Shown here piece by piece: positions 14,131-28,950 of a stretch of 64,000 nt of DNA. Each line of letters begins with the position of its first letter. Position 1 is the first letter of the stretch. Source of the DNA: Harriotta raleighana (lineage: Eukaryota). Position numbers and translations under genes: made by a program. The notes beneath the pieces are model-generated. The model saw only the letters and a program-made list of their open reading frames with translations, made no database searches and had not been told where the DNA came from. The stretch covers positions 6,798,959-6,862,958 of the forward strand of contig JBNZDD010013714.1 in NCBI GenBank assembly GCA_050575255.1, written 5' to 3'.

Positions 14131-17100
14131 TATATTGTAGCTGATGATTTTTGATGTGTTTGATTCAAGTCAGCAGACTTCATTCAGTATAGCAGCAAAG
14201 ATACGTGAAATGAAAATAGGCAGTCATCCAACTACAACAAAATTGCATTTGTATAGTGCTTTTCACACAGCACTAAATACAATATGATCTTGTCATATGC
14301 GGAGATACAGTGTAGGATGGAGCACAAGTTTGAAGTCAGTGGGATACTGAATGATATGCTATCTACACAGCCTGGTCTGTATTGATCAACTGATCTTTTA
14401 GCTTTTGTTTAAACATAATTTAGCATTGACATGGCAACGGTTTTAGAGTGTCAATGGCACCAAACTAAACAGTAAGCAGTGTAAGAGGGAAGTAAAAATA
14501 TGAAACAATGCTTTGGTGAAATAAAAATATTTTTTTAAATGAAGCTGTGTAGTTGCAGATTAAACTCATTACTTGCTATATTTGCTAAAAATATGGAGGT
14601 CTTTTTTACTTCTTTCCTCATTGATGTAATTTCTAGTTTATTTCCTATCAAAGTTTGATAAACGGGCAAAAAACATTGAGGCTTCCTCCAGAGCAGATCA
14701 ACTGACCACAGTATCAAACACTTTGGGATATCCTCCCGTTATGAAGAGCACTGAATAAATTACATTTGCATTGTATCTTTTAGAGGAGACCTACAGAATT
14801 CAATCTAGTTTCAGAGGTTTGGGTTGAAACGCAGATAAATCAGACCAAGACAAACTGGCTGAATGTGATTGTTGTATCTGAGGTGGCATTATCTGTATGC
14901 TAGAGCCCATGATTTATTCTAAAGATCAATAGTTCACATTGAACATTGCTGGAGATGAGTGGGGCGGGAGTAGAATGTTTAAATGAGACCAGTGCTATTT
15001 TACATTTTGAAGTTAATATGGTTATTGGTGTCTCCTAACTCAGTATTGAAGAGGAAAATAGCTGAAAATGCCTCGGTGTGCATTTATTTTGTGTTCTAGG
15101 GTAAACAGAACATCACAAATTACTTCACAGAGGGAAACAAATATATAATATAGCTGGAACAGTTCATAATTTGTCATTTGGTGCATATCCTCTCCACATT
15201 TAAATCAAATGTGGAACATTATATTTCACTAGACCAAAGAGCCATAAGTAAGGGATTATGTCCTCAAACCAATGTTTCTTCCTCCTCCTCTCTATATTAA
15301 ACCCTTGCATTTGATATAGCACCTTTCACATCGAGAAGATGTCGCGCAGCACTTCACAAGATATACTGTAAAGTGTTGTGATGTATCTATAGGAGAATCT
15401 GGCAGCCAACACCTAACCTGGAGCCTTTAGTGTTGTCAGAACAAGATTATGTTTAATTACTCAGCATGCAGAATCTCAGTAAAACATTGCTCAGTTTTCA
15501 AGAGTTTGGCTTTGGATCCCAGGTATAATTGTGATTAAGAATCTGTTGCTCTGAAAAGACGAGTGTCACTAGTTTCTGGTCAAACAATTAGATGGAGATT
15601 GATGCACTTGTGAAGTAATAATAAATACTAAAGTAATATTCCTTGCATTTGATATAGCGCTTTTCACTTCTCCTAGACGTCTCAAAGCCCTTCACAGAAT
15701 ATGTGTAAAGTGAATTGACTATATATATATATTTCTGAGCAAACATCATCTTTAGATAGATATACAAATAAGCAAGAAACTATCTAACTCTGAAAGATTT
15801 TCTCAGTAGTTGGGCATTGATATTAGTTTTAGAGAAAGCTAATATGGATGAAATTACAAGATTTAACAAAACACCCAAATGAATGCAAAAATTTAATTCC
15901 AGCCCCAAATCAGTACATTTTGTTTATGTGGCTTCATTCAAGTGGAACATTTACCTCTAAAATGGTCAACCAAAAATTTAGTTGATCTCTGTTTATAAGT
16001 GAATTTGTCATAGTTCAGATTAGTTTGAAATAGAAGCTTTCAGAACATTTTAGGAAGACTGTTGAACACCCGGTTACCAGTGTTTATTTGGAGAACTGGC
16101 AATTGTCTAGTTCACAACACCAAATGCTTCCAACAACAACAAAATTACATTTGTATAGCGCCTTTCATGTCGGGAGGACGTCCCAAAGCGCTGAAGAGAA
16201 GGGCTTACCATTTAGTTTTATTATTTAACTGCTGTTACTGTTTATCAAGGAGATTTATTGATCTAAATTGATATATAGTCTTAAATGTTAGCAGTTTGTT
16301 AGTTAAGGGTTGTGGAATCTTAAATCACTCATTGAATAGTTTCCATATATTTCAAATTAATTTGTTTTCAATAGATTGATGTATTTTGATGTGAAGTATT
16401 TGAATCAAAATAAGACAGTGATGTTTATAGTTAATGCATTTTCATTACAGGTGGGAAATTAAAACTTTTAAAATAGTACAGTATATACAATTCAGTTTGT
16501 ATTATTTGCTTTTTAAGCACATAGCCTTTTACTGTTGACTCAACACCGGTCTTCTGCTCATTCCAGATTGATTGTTTTTCAGTGTAAATACCAACCATGT
16601 ATCATAAAGCCCTCGTAGGATATCTGTGTACTATAACTTATTTTCTGTAGCTCCTATCTCTTTTGTTCTCACAGCAGAGGTAGCTTTTCCATCTTTAACA
16701 TAACAATACATGCCTGGGTGTTTTCAGGGGAAAAAAAGTCTAGATCATTAAATATAATAGGTCTCAGCTGCAGTTATGATCACTGAAGCATGCACTCCAT
16801 TTATCATAGCAAATTAGGTACATCTTGGATATCTACGTATTTCTATGCATACTTTTAAAAAAAAGTTACTTGTGAATTTGTATGGATAAAATAGTATTTT
16901 TTTTCACTTAGGATTTCACAACTATGGTTTTGAATTAGGTTTATTTATGTTAAAAAAGAAATACTGTACTGTTACTATGTTGCAGTGTCTGCATTTTAAA
17001 ATTATAGGCTCACTGGTAAGATCCCTATACACATTCATAATTTATCTATTTAGTGTGCATCTTGTCTATTGTTAAGAGAGATACAATTCTATGCCGTTCT

Positions 17101-19859
17101 GGCTTTCCATACCAAATATTGGAACATCCAGCTTTTGCAGTGGTCATATATAACTGCTTGGGTTTAGGTGATACTTATTTGTTGGATTTATAATTGAACT
17201 TTTCTATTCATTTGGAAAGATTGAAATAAATATAACATTTGTATGAAATTCACAATGTACTGGTTTAAAGTGCTTTTGAAATGTAGTTATTCATGGTTAT
17301 TCTTTTTACACATATTTTTGTTAGCGAAACAATAAATCTTTCAAGTTAATTCTCATCATATATATGGCCAAATAGTTGCGTGAATGCAACAAATAGACAT
17401 TAACTCTATAGCACCGAAAATTGTAATTTCTTGGAACAATTGAAGTGGATCGAATACATTTTTCACCCACAAATATACAATCAATTCACTTGACAATATA
17501 TTCTGTGAAGCACTTTGAAACGTCTAAAAGACGTGAAAAGCGCTATATCAAATGCAAGGATTATTATTATTATTAAGTAGGGAAATTCAGAAAACCCAAC
17601 ACCACTTCATTTACACAACTATTTGTATAAGCTAAATAAGCTAAAATCTTTTAATCATGGTCCTTTATTTTGGTAGTAAAAACCTTCTTCAGTGCTCAAA
17701 ACCTTAAAGGAAGAGCATATCTACAGCAAAGTATGAAAAAGTAAATTCCCTAAAGCTCCACATTTTCCTTAGAAAATATTATCACCTTATTATTTCAGAG
17801 TTGACGGAAGAGAAAGCAGCCTCAATTCCCACGATCCATTGCATTATTTATCATTCTTGTCAGTCGACAATGTTGTCAGAACATAAATGCTGTGGCAACA
17901 TTTTTGATCCAATATTGTGCACAACTATAATATGGTATAAAATGCACATGGTGTTTTCTGACGATACAGATTGCTAGTCTGCTGGATTTGTGTTGCCCCA
18001 CTGTGAGGCAAATCACTGAATAAATGACAAAAACTGCTTTTTTTTTAAAAAAAATCATTATTTTAGCAAGAAATGTGCTTGATTTTTTAAATTATCAACT
18101 TACATTTAAAAATTATAAAATCACACTGATATTTCTTTTGTTCAGGTTTAGAAATGTTTCATAGAGTCACTTTGGCAACAAGCATTCCGGCATAGCACAT
18201 TTGTGAAAATCTAACCTCTGCATTAAATGAGATGCTGCGGTTTGGCATCATTGAATTAAAAGCTCAAAGCAGACAGATGACGAAATCATTGCCAAAAATA
18301 AATCAGTGAAACTTTTCTGTTGATAATGAATCTATTATAATGGAAGGTGATACAGTACTTTGTTTAGGTCATCATTGCTTTCAAAACATCACATACAATG
18401 TGCATCACATACAATTTCAAGCTTTCTTTTGTTTTTCATTTCCATTTCCCTGCTTGCTTATCTTTCCATCATACATGATTAATTTGTATCTGATCCTTAA
18501 AGCCTATAAGCCCAAGTTGTTATGGCTATTTAGGTTGGTCAGTAAAAGGCTTATGATGAAATGGGCCAGTTTTCTCATAAATGGCACACTCCGCTTCATT
18601 CAAATTGATCTGAGGTTGGTAACTGGGTTGATTCCTTGTGGCTGTCTTGGTAGTCTGGTGTCTGAAGCATGCATGGCTTGAGCTAGACGGTTTTGCAGTG
18701 CCTCTCAGTAGGGACAGAGAATCTTCCTATCTGCTCCTATTAACCCTCCAAGCAAAACCCCTAGAGTGGACCTAACTTGACAGACAATGCTCTCTGACAA
18801 ACTACTGTATATAGTTTCAGCTGGTTAAATTGCAAGAGTGAGTACCCCAATGCATACTCCGGGGTCTCCAAGTTTCTACCAGATTAGTCATGGAAGAATT
18901 ATATTGAACACTTTTATTTAGAGAGCTAAACAAGCAGTTCATTAAGAATAGATTATTTTGTACAACAATTCACTCATTGAAATAATAAATGAAAGTGATT
19001 GAAACAGAAAATGATTGAAGATACATATGTAACTTTTCCTTAAGCCAGTATCTTTGCTGTGTTTTCTTGTTGCAATAATTTACAATAATTTGCTTCTTTG
19101 TTAACATTTGGTCTTTGTATATTACAGTACAAGGGTTAAATGCCGCATATTTTAAAAACTTGTTAGTTGAATAACGTAACAAATCAAGAATTGATCCCAA
19201 TGTTGACCTCAAAAGAAATACATTGTGGGTGAAACAAAACTACTGTTATATCGCTTCCAGAGCATGAACCATTGATGTGAATATACAATACAGAATACTG
19301 CTTGGTGCTGTTGCTTTTGTCACCAGTAAATGCAGCTTCCTATTACCACACCGGACATTGCCAATCCAGCATTTGGCCTAAATGTTCAGCCGAATCAACC
19401 AAATTCAGTTGTGTATTTTTATAGCCCCCTTTACTGCGCACGATTCACTGCACACCCGTTGAGTGCGTTTACTGTTTGTCAGGAGTGCAAACTACTGAAC
19501 ATATGAGGCTTTAAGACAGGCCATCTGTTAGTCCTGGGTCTTTGGAAGATTGTCAAACCGCTCTAAAAATAATCAGATAAAAATACCCCGAAAAAGACAA
19601 TTGAATGATTTGTATTTGTTAATTTTTTAAATGCTTGAAGTCAAGTGGTACAAATTGTTGACCTGAAGTGAAATATTTGACAAGTCTCAGTCGTGTTCGA
19701 ATCCATTGTTAATAAACTGAATATCAGTTCAGGAAAGTTCTCATGTTTAAAATTAGCTATGCTGAAAATTTAGGGTACCCTAATCCTGCTACCTGAAGCT
19801 TTTGTCCATATCTTATTTTGAGTTCGTTTTCAGTATTGATGAGTACTGATGAGATTTCT

Positions 19860-20118
19860 ACAGTGGAGTGTCCCCCACACTTTGGAACTCCATCCCGCAA
19901 TCCCTTCGCCTCACTTCCTCCCTTTTCTCCTTCAAGGCCAGTCTCAAGACCTTCCTCTTCGACCGTGCCTTCGGCTCCCTCCTAACTCTTCCCTCTCTCC
20001 TTCCCCTCCCCGTTACCCTTGACCCCCCCCCGGCTTGGATCCTGACCTGATTGTTCAGTGCCTTGGGACATCCTTCCGACGTGAAAGGCACTCTATAAAT
20101 GTAATTTTGTTGTTGTTG
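19860..20118 (+). mobile_element. 5'-truncated L2 fragment
   Basis: PTLWNSIPQSLRLTSSLFSFKASLKTFLF = L2 ORF2 end; L2 3' terminal motif and (TTG)n tail. Confidence 0.9.
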
Positions 20119-20837
20119 TCCAGTTTCAGCATAGTATATTTTATAGTGCTTTAGTAATGGAGTTTGTAGCACTAGATATCACTATGACATTGTATAAAGA
20201 TGTAAAGTTGAATAATGATGGCATTGAATAATGCCACTGAACAATGGCATTGAATAATGCCATTCTTACTCTTACTCAGAGTAAGAATAGCAGGATTATT
20301 TTTAACTAAATCAATGTGAAATATTTATGGGAGTTTCGTAGAAAACTTCTAAAACTGTCGATAAACATCTTAAATCTTCAAACCATATTGGCAATTCAAT
20401 TGCCAACTTGTGCTTTTGTGAAAGTGGATTTAATATGAGGTCAAAGAATATTCATTCATGCAATAATTTCATTAAAGGCCAGAGTGACATTAGGAGGTAA
20501 TTTGATCTGAGAAGACTGAATGTTTTAAGAAGTCCTTCAACTCATTTTAACTTTAGGTGGAACACATTGTATTGTGGTGTTTGAAAAATGATTTTGTATG
20601 GTCTTGTTAAAATTCACCTTAACTAGGCTGTGATTGGTTCACCAGCTGTTGATCCAAACAGACTCTAAAACTTTAGGGTGAAAATGACTAACTTCCAATT
20701 AAAATTAAAATAAACATACATTGTAACTATTAGCAGAGGATCATAGAAATTACAGTAGATGAGAAAGCCATTTGGTCCATGAAGAGTAAGTTTTTATTAG
20801 TTCATCTCACTATAGGTCTGAATTGTTAGAGTTAGAA

Positions 20838-21020
20838 CAGTGGTGGCCAATCTTTTTGGTTGCCTAACAAAATACATTTTCTTGATTTGAATATTTATAC
20901 CATAAATCAAGAAATATTCAATGAAGAGAAACGTTTAAACACACAACCAAACATGCACATGCCTGTTGAGGGGGGTGGTTCGTGATGGCTCGAGTTCGCG
21001 GATTGCAGTTTGGCCAGTGT
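20838..21020. mobile_element. Possible degenerate hAT (Charlie-like) non-autonomous element
   Basis: Starts CAGTGGTGGCCAATCTTTT and ends ...gcagtttggccagtg, resembling hAT TIRs. TSD not clear. Confidence 0.35.
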
Positions 21021-24000
21021 ATTGGAATGTACTGAAATGTTTGTTGCAAATCAAGCACATACTTGTACTCTGTGCGTGTGTATTAATGTTTTTGACAGTT
21101 GGGATCGACAGACACATTGAGACTCTGTCCGGTTGTATTAATTACTCAGCTGCCCGGGTATTGTTTCAGGCTGCATTCCGGAGATGCTGATTGAACTGAA
21201 AAAGTATTACCTTGAATCAAAAACAGAAATCGCTGAAGTATACTGCACCTTGAATAAGCATGGTTATAAAACACAAAATAGGAGGAGATTAGTGCACTGC
21301 AATTCTTTAGAAATATGCACTTATTCAAGACACAATGAAAATAAATTCAGCAGATGATTTAGATTTGGTATTGGCCTGCTGTGAACACTTCCAGTTCAGG
21401 ATGTTATGGTTAGTATTCAATGGGTTGTTTTCAGATCCAGTCCCACAAAACATTAATTTTATTGATCCTTTACTGTATAATCAGTGAGGCAGCCATGAAT
21501 AGAAGAAGAAATAATGTTACGTGATTCGAGTCCGTGCTTGCAGCGAACAGTGCTGATCTTGCATTATCTCCTAAGAGACTGTCTCCAATACAGGATGGAT
21601 TAACCGATTTTGTATAAGGCGGCTGGCTGCTTTTGGATTGGAGTTGTCATTGGGTTATGATTACATTTTTCCACTCAACTCTAAATAATAATTTTGCAAT
21701 TCCCTGCAAGCAAAACATTAAAGAACTATACCAGTATAGTAATCATTCTAAGATTCTCAAAAACATTTTTAAAAATAAAATGCTGACTAATATGTGGCTC
21801 TCAATGGAAAAGGTTGCTAATACTAACAAATGAAACAAGGTGTGCATGTGCTTTAGCAAGAAAAGCATGGTTTATTGAATTAATAGAGTGTTGACTGAAG
21901 TTTGGCAGCCATGGCACAGCTTTTGAAAAGAATCTGTGAAGTCCACCATTGTGTTTTTATTTTCAGTCTGGAAATGTTCGAATGTGGTCATAGGATATAA
22001 CAATATTAGCAACTGTGACACCTGGTGGGCAGTTTGAAGAAGAACTGTGGGGTTATAGTGGAGTCACTTGATTACCTGAGAGACTTAGCTCACCATGGCA
22101 ATTCCAAAAGTCTTATTAGGATATTTGCATGCTATAAATTGTATATAATATATCAGCTGAACTGATGATTTAATGTCTAATGAGCATTAGAGAAACTAAT
22201 CTTTAGTAATACTGTAAGTCTTTTGTGAGTTAATTCCATTTATAATTTATAATTCAAAGAGACAATAGAGTTTATTAATGTATCTGTTTGTGATTAAACA
22301 TCTTTTATTATTTTTGTTTCATTACTTTAACCTCAATTACCACACTGGTAAAGTGGTTGCTCTGATTATACGACTTGCGTTTCCCTAGTTTATTATTCCA
22401 AGCAGTTCTCAGCAATTTCTGCCAGGTTATAAATTGGTAGAAGTGACGTCACTATAGACTCAATTTCTGCATAAACCAAGGATGTTCTGGTAATCTATGG
22501 AAGCTTAACCAGCTGAATATAAACCATGCTGACCAAAGGCTACATAGCAATGAGTATAACAGTACTGTATAACTAAATACACTAACCAGTGAGTTAAAAA
22601 ATAATGAGAAACATAACTGAATATAGCACACACTAGGGGAGTAAAACAATGAGATATAACTAACTCAATACTGTATACAGTTTGGTGATGAGAGTAGTAA
22701 GAGAATGTTGAGAAATATTTAGCATAGTTAGAGGAGTGAACAACAGTATGAGAACATTGACTTTGCTACTTAAATTCTCTACTATTAGTTTGTCCCCCTG
22801 TATGCAATTTAAAAAGAGTACTAAATGATGTTGGATTGTGACTGTACAAGAAAATATTAAACTTCAGCATGATTATTGGCATTTTTATCAGCATTATTTT
22901 GGAAAATAAGTGCTGCTGAATCATTAAAAAAAATAAAGGATTAATCCTGGAGAATAACTGCTTAATTTACTGATGGCAGAAAGTGTAACAGGCTGCATTA
23001 TCATCTCATTTGCATATGGCCCTGGTCCAAATCTGCACTGCAGAGTGCTGACAAATAAACTACCAATTTCTGGCACATGCACATCTCTACACAGCTGGCA
23101 CCAAAATTACACCATCGCCCAGAAAAATAGTAAAATATTCTATTAAAGGAAGAGTAGATTGGGCCGAATTTTCCAAAATCAATCCTTCAATATTCCACAT
23201 ACTGGCAGGAGTTGTTGCCCCATTAGTTACAGGCTCTAGAAGAGCTTCACACTTGTGTAGAACTCGGATATTATTAATTTCTACATTTAACTGTGATCAG
23301 AACATAAGCGAGTACTTCACTCGCCTAGTTTCTATCCACAATTTTTCAAAGACTTCTGTATAAAGTTTCAGCATCCAGTCTACATCTAATCTAAAGTCTG
23401 AGATGACAGAAACTATTGGCATTGTTTCCTTTCTAAGGTTGAGGATTGCAAGTTAGAAGATACTATTGTAGCAAGTCTCCATGGGAGGAGCAGCAGCCTG
23501 TCATTCAATGGTAGTGATCTTGGGAGCTCTGAGTTTGCTATACTCTTTGTATTCACACTTATTCATACCTATTATTTGATAAACCGTTGAATAAAAGTCA
23601 ATATTATTTATATTTTAAATGTATAATGGTGAAATTCATCTTCAGTGGTTTAGTTATCAAGCAGTTGTATTCAATTACAAATGTTACAGCTACAAAAATC
23701 TACATAATTTAGGGTGTATCTCAAATAAGTTAATGTTGTTTATGGAAAACATTACTTCTATGTTGACAGTAAATGTGAACATTTAAAAAGCTTTCAAAGG
23801 CTAATGTGCCTGTCTCAAGTGAAATATGCTGTTGTGTGAATTTTGATTCAAACAGCACTTATTTCCCCTTTGTTCAATTTTAGGGCAGCTACCTCACATA
23901 ACCAGTCCCACCGGACAATGTGTTTGCCCAATGTCAGGTACTGGGACAGATGTGGTAGTAATATGCTTATCATATTTGTCTCTATCCAATGCACTAGCAG

Positions 24001-25946
24001 GGAAACCGGGTCAGTCAGCAGGAGGAGGGAATGCACAGCTGCAGTTCCCCACACTGGCCTAGTGCCAACGTGGTGAGCTTGCCATGGGGACAAGAGGCTT
24101 CTCTGTGGATATTTTTTTGAAAAAGTAAAGTTTATGACAACTGCTGTTGATTTTTATGAGGTTAGCAATACAATTACTCGATTAATAGCTCTATCACAAA
24201 CCATCCATATTTGGTTGGACATCTGCTTCAGTTAGAATAGTTTGTATGTATGATTTGAAGACAATGCCTAGGCTCGCAATATTTCTTTATATAACTTGAG
24301 TGCTGCCACTGGGCACACGGAAGCGATATGAAAGCCAGGATTTTTTTTCATGGTGTCATCATTTATTTGTCCAGTTAGTTATACAGTATCCTTATGTTTG
24401 TGTGCATCCAATACAGGTTTCAAAACTCAGAATGTTGTTTCATTTACATTAGAAAATAGATGAATCTAAGATTTGTCATGTCACTGATGCATAAAACCAC
24501 TCTATTTGTAATACAGTACTGGGTAGTTTTACCAATCAGTTTGTTCTTGGAGGACATATGTCCATCAGTGGACTCTCCCCAACTCCAAATTGTTCTAGCT
24601 CTTAGGACCATAAACTGAAATGACTTTAGGCCATTGTAGAGGTTGAGAATTCCATTTATTCAAAACACAAAATTGATTTTAGATTTCTCTGTTTTTCTAT
24701 ACTCAACTGACATTATTTTATACCAAATAGAGCAAAACCATTTTCTAGAATACACCTGAAATGACGCTAACTGCCCTGAATGTAATGTCAAATATGTCAA
24801 AATAATTTCAAACTTACACAGGTAATAAGCTACTTTATTGCCGAAGTCTTAACTCATTGAGTATTTGTGAATACTGTACTGTAGTTCTTAATCTTATCGT
24901 CCAATTTTTAATACATCATGCCAGTTTTGATTCAGACACATATCAGTATTATCTGGAGGTGGAATTGATATTGAATCACCCTGTCTTCAGCCTTCACTTC
25001 TCCAATCATTGAGTGTACTTTCTAACATCCTTTTAGATTTACATGCAGGTGAAAAAATGAACGTGAAAGGCATCCGTATGAACCAGTATTAATAGAGAGA
25101 ATGAATAGCCAATGAACTGCAGTAATGGATTGAATTATTTGGACTAATTCTAGGCTCAATAGTATTAAACATGATCTTTTCATCTGAAGAGTCAGTCCAT
25201 CGACATTTACAAATATGTTAAGACTATTAACCTCCTGTTTATATCTATATAGTATATATCGCCTGTTTGGATAGTATGGACTGGAAATGTATATATCTCA
25301 ACCAAAATTTAATCTTAACAGAACAGACTCTCGTTGAAAACAATGGGGGAATGTTGTCCCTTAAGAACTGTTCTCTTTAACTGGCGGAGGCACTTAAATG
25401 GCAGGCAAAAAAAAACAAAGGTATTGTGCTTCCCTCTTCTGGTAGAAAAACAGAACATGCTTAATGCAGTATTGACAAAACACGTTACATGAAAGACACC
25501 AGTAAAAGGATCATTGCTGCTTTTGAATATTTGGGACAGCTTTTTGACTCTTTATATTCATATGCCTGTATGTCCCAGCTTGTTTGCGATGCTGAATATA
25601 TATGGATACCATGAATCAAAGTAGTCATGTAGATCATAATACATTATTATGCCTCTTACTAGTTGATCCAGTTTTAAGATTTCACCAGACAAATGTAAAA
25701 ATATGAATGTACCTTATTTTAATCTTACAGTAGTAAAACAAACATTTTCCAAGCATGTATATGTAACAGACAAAGAAAGGTATGTGTGTCAAGACCTTCC
25801 CTGCTGGTAAATTGTATAACATAGCTGCTGCTTTGTCTATGCACAAAGCCAAAAATGTACAGGAGTTTATACGTTATTTGCAGTGAAACTGGGTGAATAT
25901 GGACACGTGTTATTTATCCCTTATGGGTCTTTTTTTGTCTTGCCAG

Positions 25947-25976
25947 AACCACATGATGAGTCAGCACGCACAGTAA
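25947..25976 (+). CDS. ZNF423: ZNF423 terminal coding exon (NHMMSQHAQ*)
   Basis: Long T-rich tract + tgccAG acceptor (25945-46), phase 0. Completes the last C2H2 finger (ELQ-NHMMSQH); TAA at 25974-76. Absent from the ORF track because it is a 30-nt coding segment. Confidence 0.93.
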   Translation, partial: NHMMSQHAQ

Positions 25977-26580
25977 GGTGTCAGCACTGTGAGACATATT
26001 CTCTGCAGAAGACTCGACAGAGACACAGTGGGAGAGAACTTTTGAACATTACATCCAATCAAAGTGTCATTTGAAACCCAGATGTAAAATTAATGATTTG
26101 GCCATGAGGCACTGCTATTATAAGCAGTTTGAAATGAATATTAATGTAACAGATTAAAAGTATTCTATGCTCAGTATTTTTCTGTCCTGCTTTTAACTAG
26201 TGAATTCACAGCTTTTGCTTCTAATCAGAGTTATAGTGTGTTAGAAACATCAGCTTTGTTGCTGTTGTCCTTTGCTGCTTAATGTAGTAAACTAATAGGT
26301 GTTGGATAAATAGATGTATTTTGTTCATACTTGCTTTTAATTGCAGTTTTAGCCAGTTGTGATAGGCGTGATGTGATAGCTTACCATTGTCAAAATATTT
26401 TTTTCTTTTCGTCAAAGAATGTTTTAATTGGATTGGCCAGTTCACAGTACAATGAGAAATTATGTAAAGAAAAAAAATGATTGCAGTGCAACTGGATGGT
26501 GTTTGCTTCTAAAATGTGACTTACCTGATTGCAATAACTAGTACAGTATAATAAAGGGAAACCATGCACTTAATTTCTCT
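25977..26580 (+). other. ZNF423: ZNF423 3' UTR (approximate end)
   Basis: Repeat-free AT-rich sequence after the stop codon, ending near AATAAA at 26550-26555 followed by a T-rich tract. The end point is inferred. Confidence 0.6.
26550..26555 (+). terminator. Candidate polyadenylation signal AATAAA of ZNF423
   Basis: First canonical AATAAA seen after the stop, with U/GU-rich downstream sequence (tttctctttgtattt). Alternatives: ATTAAA near 26153 and AATAAA near 27482. Confidence 0.55.
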
Positions 26581-28169
26581 TTGTATTTGAGTCAAATAGC
26601 ATCTTTTAATTTTTTTTTACTCTATGCTGCCTACCAGAAAGTACTGTCTGCATTAGAAGCGATTCAATCACCATCGTAAAACAAAAATACGACCCATTTC
26701 TGTTTTTCACAGTTAGTTGATATTGCAACACACCTACAGAGATGATAGCCATGGGTAGCATATCCATGAGCTTTGATGACAGACAGCAGTCTGTATGTCA
26801 TAGAGGAAATTTATTTCTTACACACCTCTACTGAAATCACAATCCATTCCTTCTGCAAACATTCTACACATTCTCCCACATTTTATGTGCAGACCTCTTT
26901 CTCTTTTCCCCTTTAATTTGTCTCAGAGGCGTTCTGCGAGGTTGAGGTCAGGAATCTGCAGTGTAGTTCAGAAATGGCACACTATAGTCTTGTTCCCATT
27001 GCTCACAATGTCTGTTATTTGGCAAAGCACTAAGCCATCCTGAAACACTGCATCACCAGTGGGAACGAAGAAGGAGAGATTCAGTATGAGGTGGTAGGAC
27101 AGCATATAGGAAAATAGTATTTTTGTACCTTCTGTAGCTGTTCTATGCTGGTCAACCAGATGGTTTTTCACCTCCTCTAACTTGGTTGTATTTTGATGGC
27201 GTTTATTTATAGCTTTTTCATTTGGAATTGACTTTGTTATTTTAAAAAAAACTGCTGACCATGAAAAAACTGGAAATAACTTATTTTCTACTTTAGGTTT
27301 CCGTCTCTACTTCAATCAGCATTTCTATGAGCCCTTTGAGGACTGAATAGCCTTTACATTGGGAAAAAAAAGTCATATATGAAATGTTATAAATGATCAA
27401 TGAAACCGTCACACTGACTAATACAAGTCATAATTTGTACAACATTAAGAATGCAAACATTTCTTCTAATTTTATTAGTTGAATAAACAAAAATACTCAA
27501 ATCTTGTTATAGTTTCATTATTTAGCAGGGATGCTACAATAGTTCAAACAGTGCCTCAAACAGTTAACCAATGAAATGTTCTTTGCACATTTTATTCCTG
27601 TTAGTAGTTCAATTCTGCAATTTCAGTAATTAAACACAAAAAAACACTTTTGTGTAGTGTAACTGTGGGTTAAAAATGGCACAGTCCAAATATTCTCAGC
27701 CTTTTTTTGGCCGCAGCAGATCATAATTTCATGAAAAAATAATTGATTCTCTTGTAAAGCTACATTACAATCACATTATCATCACAGTTTAGTTGTTCTT
27801 ATCATCTTGTCATACGATTGCCATACATTTACAGAAATATTTCCCCATGTTTGCAATCACATTGCCTACTCAGAAGCTCCACATCACTCAGTGTTTCCAG
27901 AACGAGGATGTAGGAAGGTAACCTACGCCCAGACCACTGTCAGGACTGCACATAAACTGGCTATTGAAACCCACGTGTGACATAGCGAGATTGACTTGCT
28001 CATGAGTTTTTGCTGATTTGCTCTGAGTGAGATGAAAATTCAACAGGTCCAAACCTGTGCTATAGATTTCTAACCATCCTATAGCACAACATCTTCAAAA
28101 AATGGTTAAAACCTTGAGGTTTGCTTTAATTGTGGTTTATACATCAACGTTTCTCCCTGGAACACTGAT

Positions 28170-28950
28170 CATTATTTCAAGCCCATATTGGGTTGCTTGA
28201 AATATCAGGCCAAGGAAATGTTCTTTTCTCTTTTCATTCTGAAAGCAAATGATTCTCCTGCTTTCAGCCAGGCAGGAAAGCGCTAATGGATACCTATATA
28301 AAGATAATAAAGGCCTCTCTTCCCACATCCATTCTAATGAGGGAAACCCTCGGAGACTTCCTCAGAAATGCCAGACCATACAGGGTTGAATTCCCTGAAA
28401 CTTGACCTTTGAAACCACAAGGGCAAATAGGTCTCTTTATAAATTAATTCCCAGTGGCAGGTTAGGTGCCACCACTCAGTGGTCTTACAGGGTAGTATTG
28501 AATTCTCTGTCGGATTTACCAGAGTTGCTTGAAATGCTTCAAGACCCAAGTGAAAGTATACGTGTGTGAGTGAAAGTTGTCGCTTATCCTTCCTAAGTAT
28601 CATTCTAAAGCACGGCATCAGTCACCAATCTCAAGTGGATTTTTAAAGTGTAATTGACTTTGTGCTCCCCTTGTTTTACTATTGGTGGTAGTGCCCATGC
28701 ACAAGAGGACTGAATGGTCTTGACAGCAGGGAGCGGAAGTACTGAAGGGGTGGCTAAACTTTGCTCAGCTCTATTCGGGTATTATGCTCCTCAGCTTCCC
28801 AGGAAGTCCCTGGCACCCATCTGGATTCCAGATGTGCTTCCCCATCCAGTGAAAGAAACATCTGCTGTGTTAAAGAAGGTGTTGGTTGCTGTAAATTGTC
28901 ACTTGTTATTGTTTCTATATCTCCACCAGAGGGAGACTTGGGATAAAATT
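28170..28950 (-). mobile_element. DIRS1-like (tyrosine-recombinase retrotransposon) RNase H fossil, with a possible methyltransferase-like remnant
   Basis: Antisense SLWW...PTPSLT..ADVSFTGWG/AHL and HSVLL..TT...KQG..TKS resemble the DIRS RNase H motifs (LxWW...TDASxxGWGAH...VLxxxDNxT..xYINKQGGTxS). Heavily frameshifted. Confidence 0.6.
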
